From an uncultured delta proteobacterium (GTDB lineage: Bacteria; Myxococcota; Myxococcia; Myxococcales; Anaeromyxobacteraceae): DNA of 64,000 nt. The notes beneath the pieces were generated by a model that saw only the letters and a list, made by a program, of their open reading frames with translations, did no database searches and was not told where the DNA came from. Below, in pieces: positions 59,402 through 64,000 of the stretch (positions within the stretch are counted from its first letter, which is position 1; every line of letters starts with the position of its first letter). The stretch spans positions 96,001 to 160,000 of the forward strand of contig CAWJSR010000055.1 in the NCBI GenBank assembly GCA_963845515.1, read 5' to 3'. A program made the position numbers and the translations under genes.

Positions 59402-62400
59402 ACCTCTCGGCCCCGTTCATCCGGCGGCCGGTGATGACCACGCTCGTCACCGCGAGCTTCGTGGCGTTCGGCCTCGCCGCGTACTTCAAGCTGCCGGTGG
59501 CGGACCTCCCGACGGTCGATTTCCCGACCATCCAGGTCTCCGCTTCGCTCCCCGGCGCCAACCCCGAGACGATGGCCGCCACGGTGGCGACCCCGCTCGA
59601 GCGTCGCTTCTCGACCATCGCCGGGCTCACGGCGATGAACTCCAACAGCCTCCAGGGCTCCACCTCCATCAGCCTGGAGTTCGCCCTCGAGCGGGACATC
59701 GACGCGGCCGCGCAGGACGTGCAGGCGGCGATCGCCGCCTCGGCCCGCAACCTGCCCGCCAACCTGCCGGCGCCGCCGACGCTCACCAAGGTCAACCCGG
59801 CCGACGCGCCGATCCTCTTCTTCGCCCTGACCTCGCCGACGCTGCCGATGTCCCAGCTCAACCGGATGGGCCAGGACCTGATCGCCCAGCGGATCTCGAC
59901 GGTCCCCGGGGTGGCGCAGGTGCAGGTCTTCGGCGCGCAGAAGTACGCGATCAGGATCCAGGTCGATCCGCGCGCCCTCGCCGCCCGCGGCATCGGGCTC
60001 GACGAGGTCGCGGAGGGCATCCGGGCCGCCAACACCAACCTGCCGAGCGGCGCGCTCGGCAGCGGCGCGAGCCGCGCCTGGACCGTCGAGGCGACGGGCG
60101 GCCTCGCCGGCGCTGCAGAGTTCCGCCGGCTGCCGGTCCGCGTGCGGGACGGGGTGACCGTCCGGCTCGAGGACGTGGCCCGCGTCGTCGACAGCGTCGA
60201 GAACGACCAGACCGCCGCCTGGTTCTTCAGCGGCGGCAAGGAGCAGCGCTCCATCGTCCTCGCCGTCCAGCGGCAGCCCGGGACCAACACCGTCCAGGTC
60301 GCCGACGGCGTCCGGGCGCTCCTCCCGTCGATCCAGCGCCAGCTCCCCGCCGCCGCGACCCTCCACCTGCTCTACGACCGCTCCGAGTCGATCCGCCACT
60401 CGGTCCGCGACGTCCAGTTCACCCTCCTGCTCACGCTGGCGCTCGTCATCCTCGTCATCTTCCTCTTCCTGCGGAACCTGAGGGCGACGGTCATCCCCAG
60501 CCTCGCGCTGCCGGTCTCGCTCGTCGGGACCTTCGCGCTGATGTGGGCGATGGGCTACTCGCTCGACAACCTGTCGCTGATGGCGCTCACGCTCGCCGTC
60601 GGCTTCGTCGTCGACGACGCCATCGTGATGCTCGAGAACGTGGTCCGCCACATGGAGAAGGGCGAGGCGCGGCTCGAGGCGACCTTCTCCGGCTCGAAGG
60701 AGGTGGCCTTCACCATCGTCTCGATGACCATCTCGCTCGCGGCCGTCTTCCTCCCGGTCCTCTTCATGGGCGGGATCGTCGGGCGGCTCTTTCGCGAGTT
60801 CGCCGTCACGATCGGCGCCGCCATCCTCGTCTCCGGCTTCGTCTCCCTCACCCTCACGCCGCTCCTCTGCTCGCGCTTCCTCCGCCCGCACTCCGCGTCG
60901 GAGCGGCACGGGCGGCTCTACCAGCTCATCGAGCGCAACTTCGAGTGGGGGCTGCGGACGTACGCGCGGGGGCTCAGCTGGTCGCTCGCGCGCCCCGCGC
61001 CTGGTCCTCGTCCTCTCCGGCCTCGTCTTCGTCGTGATGGTGCCGCTCTGGATCGCGATCCCGAAGGGCTTCCTGCCGAGCGAGGACGTCGGGCGGATCC
61101 AGCTCCAGGCGGAGCCCGCCGAGGGGACGAGCTTCGACGCGGTCTCGAGATCCCTGCGCGCCGCCGCCGCGATCGTCGCGGCGCACCCGGCGATCGACGA
61201 GCTGAACACCAACATCGGCGGGCGCGGCGGGCTCTCCGGGAGCGGCTTCATCAAGCTCAAGCCGCGCTCAGAGCGGCCGCACGTCGACCAGGTGATCCAG
61301 CAGCTGCGCGGCCAGCTCGCGAGCGTGCCGGGGCTGCGGGTCTTCCTCGTCAACCCTCCCCCCATCCGGATCGGCGCCCAGCAGTCGCGCGCGCAGTACC
61401 AGTTCACCCTCCAGGACAGCGACACCGGCGTCCTCTACGACGGCGCGACGCGGCTCGAGAAGCAGCTCCGCGAGCTGCCGCAGCTCACCGACGTCACGAG
61501 CGACCTGCGCCTCTCGACCCCCCGCATCAAGGTGGAGATCGACCGCGAGCGCGCCGCGGCGCTCGACGTGAGCCCGGCCGTGCTGGAGGAGGCGCTCTAC
61601 ACCGCCTTCGGCACGCGCCAGATCTCGCAGATCGACGCGCCGGAGGACCAGTACCAGGTGATCCTGGAGCTGGCCCCGGAGTTCCGCGCCGACCCCGCGG
61701 CGCTCTCCTGGATCAACGTCCGCTCTGCGAGCGGCGCCCTGGTCCCGATCGAGGCGGTGGCGAAGCTCGTCCGGACCGTCGCGCCGCAGCAGGTGAACCA
61801 CGCCGGCCAGCTCCCCGCCGTCACCCTCTCCTTCAACCTCAGGCCCGGGGCGTCGCTCGGCCAGGCCACGACCGCCGTCGAGCGCGCCGCGGCCGAGCTG
61901 CTGCCGGCCACCGTGACGACCGCGTTCCAGGGGACCGCCCAGGCCTTCCAGGCCTCGCTCGCCGGCATGGGGCTCCTGCTCGTGATGTCGATCGTCGTCA
62001 TCTACGTCGTGCTCGGGATCCTCTACGAGAGCTTCATCCACCCGATCACGATCCTCACCGCGCTGCCGTTCGCAGGGCTGGGCGCGGTGATCACGCTCCT
62101 CGCGTTCCGCGTGGAGCTCTCGATCTACGCCATCGTCGGCGTGATCATGCTGGTCGGCCTGGTGAAGAAGAACGGCATCATGATGGTCGACTTCGCCATC
62201 GAGGCGCAGAAGGGCGGTATGTCCCCGCAGGAGGCGATCAAGGAGGCCTGCCTCGTCCGCTTCCGGCCGATCATGATGACGACGATGGCCGCCCTGATGG
62301 GGACGCTCCCCATCGCGCTCGGGCTCGGCGCCGGCGCCGAGTCGCGGCAGCCACTGGGGCTCGCGGTGGTCGGCGGCCTCCTCTTCTCGCAGTTCCTGAC

Positions 62401-62476
62401 GCTCTTCGTGACGCCGGTCTTCTACGAGGTGGCGGAGCGGTTCCGTCACCGGGGAGGCGCGCGTGAGCGAGCCTGA
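59398..62476 (+). CDS. RND efflux permease (MdtB/C-like); frameshift ~60995
   Basis: FIRRPVMT, VDFPTIQV, GFVVDDAIVMLEN, KKNGIMMVDFA, RFRPIMMTT. Confidence 0.92.
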
Positions 62477-62945
62477 GCCCTGCGCCGCCTGCGACGTCAT
62501 CGCCGGCCGGCGACCGCCGCCCGGGGGGATCCTCTGGCGCGGCGGCGGGTTTGCGCTACACGCGCTGGCCGATGCCACGCCGATCCCCGGCTGGCTGGTC
62601 CTGACGAGCGAACGTCACGCCCGCGCCTGGTACGACCTGGAGCCGGGCGAGCTGGCGGGGCTGGGGGAGGCCGCCGCGCAGGTCATGGCCGCGCAGCGCT
62701 CGGTGCTGCACGCGGAGCACGTCTACGCCTTCGCCATCGGCGACGTGCTCCATCACTTCCACCTGCACCTCGTCCCCCGCTACGCGGAGACTCCGGAGCG
62801 CCTCCGGGGGCGCCACTGCTTCGATGGGCTTCCGGGGGACATGCTCCCGGCGGACGCGGTCGAGCAGGCGGCGCGGCTCGTCGCCGACAGCCTGTTTCCT
62901 ATGGGTGACTTCCCTCTCCCACACCGGAGGCGAGGGTCAGGGTGA
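62463..62945 (+). CDS. HIT family protein
   Basis: CAAC and HFHLHLVPR. Confidence 0.85.
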   Translation: MSEPEPCAACDVIAGRRPPPGGILWRGGGFALHALADATPIPGWLVLTSERHARAWYDLEPGELAGLGEAAAQVMAAQRSVLHAEHVYAFAIGDVLHHFHLHLVPRYAETPERLRGRHCFDGLPGDMLPADAVEQAARLVADSLFPMGDFPLPHRRRGSG

Positions 62946-62948
62946 GGG
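62912..62948. repeat. REP-like element overlapping two convergent stop codons
   Basis: CCCTCTCCCACACCGGAGGCGAGGGTCAGGGTGAGGG. Confidence 0.55.
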
Positions 62949-63789
62949 AGCGAACAGCTCCCGCAGCCCCTCCCGGAAGCTCGGCCAGCGCAGCGTCACC
63001 CCCAGCGCCTCCCGGCTCCACTCCGAGCTGATCCGCCGGCTGGGGCCGGGCGGCGCGCCCTCGCTGCGCGGCGCCGGGATCCCCAGCTCCCCAGCGATCC
63101 ACTCCACGACGTCGCGCCGGCGCGTCGGGGTGGCGTCGCTCCCGTGGTACACGCGCCCCGGCTCGCCACGCAGGAGCGCGGCGAGGACGAAGGCCACCGC
63201 GTCGTCCAGGTGGCAGAAGTTCATCCAGGCGTCGTCCCCTGGCCCGAGCGCGAGCCGGCCGGAGCGGACGCGATCGACGATGCCGGCGCGTCCCGGCCCG
63301 TAGAGCCCCGAGAGCCTGAGGACGCAGGCGCGGGCGCCGCGGGCCGCCGCGTCCAGGACGGTCCGCTCCGCCTCCACGAGCACCTCGCCAGTCGGTCCGG
63401 ACGGCGCCGTCGCCGTCCGCTCCTCGACCACGCCGCCGTCGCGCTGGCCGAAGACCCCCGTCGAGCCGGTGTAGACGAAGGCGCGGACGCCGTTTCGTGC
63501 CGCCCCCTCCAGGAGCGCCTCGTTCGCCGCCACGTAGGCCGTCCGATACGCCTCGACCGTGTCGCTGCGAGGACGACTGGCAGGCGACGATCGCCTCGAC
63601 GTCGGGAGGGATGAGGCGAGCAGCGCCGGGGGCCGCGAGGTCGAGCGCCAGCGGCGTGGCGCCGGCATCGACCAGCGGGCGGAGTGAGTCTGCGCGCCGC
63701 CGGACCGCGACGACCCCGTGCCCTCCGGCGAGCAGGGCCCTGGCGAGAGCGCTCCCCAGCCAGCCGGCACCTGCGACAAGAACGCGCAT
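62937..63789 (-). CDS. NAD-dependent epimerase/dehydratase (atypical SDR); frameshift ~63570
   Basis: VAGAGWLG, YTGSTGVFG, LRLSGLYGPGR. Confidence 0.85.
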
Positions 63790-64000
63790 GATCACCCCCG
63801 TCTCAGTTACCACCGTCCGACGTCCCGGAGCCACGGTACAGCCCCTCACTTTCCCAAGTGGCCCCCGTGGCCTACGCTTTTCCCAAGGGTTATCTCCTGA
63901 AGGAAGCGCGAGGACGCCTTGTCGACCTTCCTGCTCTCATGGCTCTCGAAGCAGTACGGGGCGCTGGATGCGCAGGTCTTCCTGCGCGAGCAGCCCGGGA

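Noticed and set aside
63939..64000. Possible gene start MALSKQYGALDAQVFLREQPG at the right edge
   Set aside because: Too short to support a call.
1..64000. CRISPR arrays, tRNA/rRNA genes, transposases, integrases
   Set aside because: None were recognised by eye; a covariance or HMM search was not possible.

Overview
High-GC bacterial window whose gene content resembles Anaeromyxobacter/Myxococcota (inference). Many single-base indels, probably long-read consensus errors, break otherwise intact genes. It has four blocks. (1) 1-37.7 kb is an extracellular multiheme-cytochrome island: a giant (~2,900 aa, ~50 heme-motif) secreted cytochrome with CxxCH, CxxxCH and CxxxxCH sites, followed by rhodanese, ccsA, hypothetical and two resB-like genes. 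It also carries three B12-binding radical SAM enzymes, five GT-C-like membrane proteins plus a remnant, a carbamoyltransferase(SxtJ-fused)/SGNH/DUF5989 module, two spermidine-synthase-like proteins, an Ig/beta-propeller secreted protein and an inserted Fic gene. (2) 38.4-40.7 kb is a toxin-antitoxin hotspot (MNT-HEPN, decayed HEPN, VapBC, HicAB). (3) 40.9-55.3 kb is a probably sigma54-controlled membrane redox cluster: Tat 4Fe-4S protein, NrfD/HybB, two lipoyl-less GcvH-like proteins, c7 triheme, nonaheme plus cytochrome b. It is flanked by two heme-c-motif sensor kinases, an archaemetzincin and an M56 peptidase. (4) 55.5-64 kb holds ordinary genes (purU, TerC, RND efflux, HIT, SDR). The strongest candidates for new biology are the cytochrome maturation/modification island and the GcvH-like redox operon. 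All family calls come from motifs read by eye; no database searches were run.
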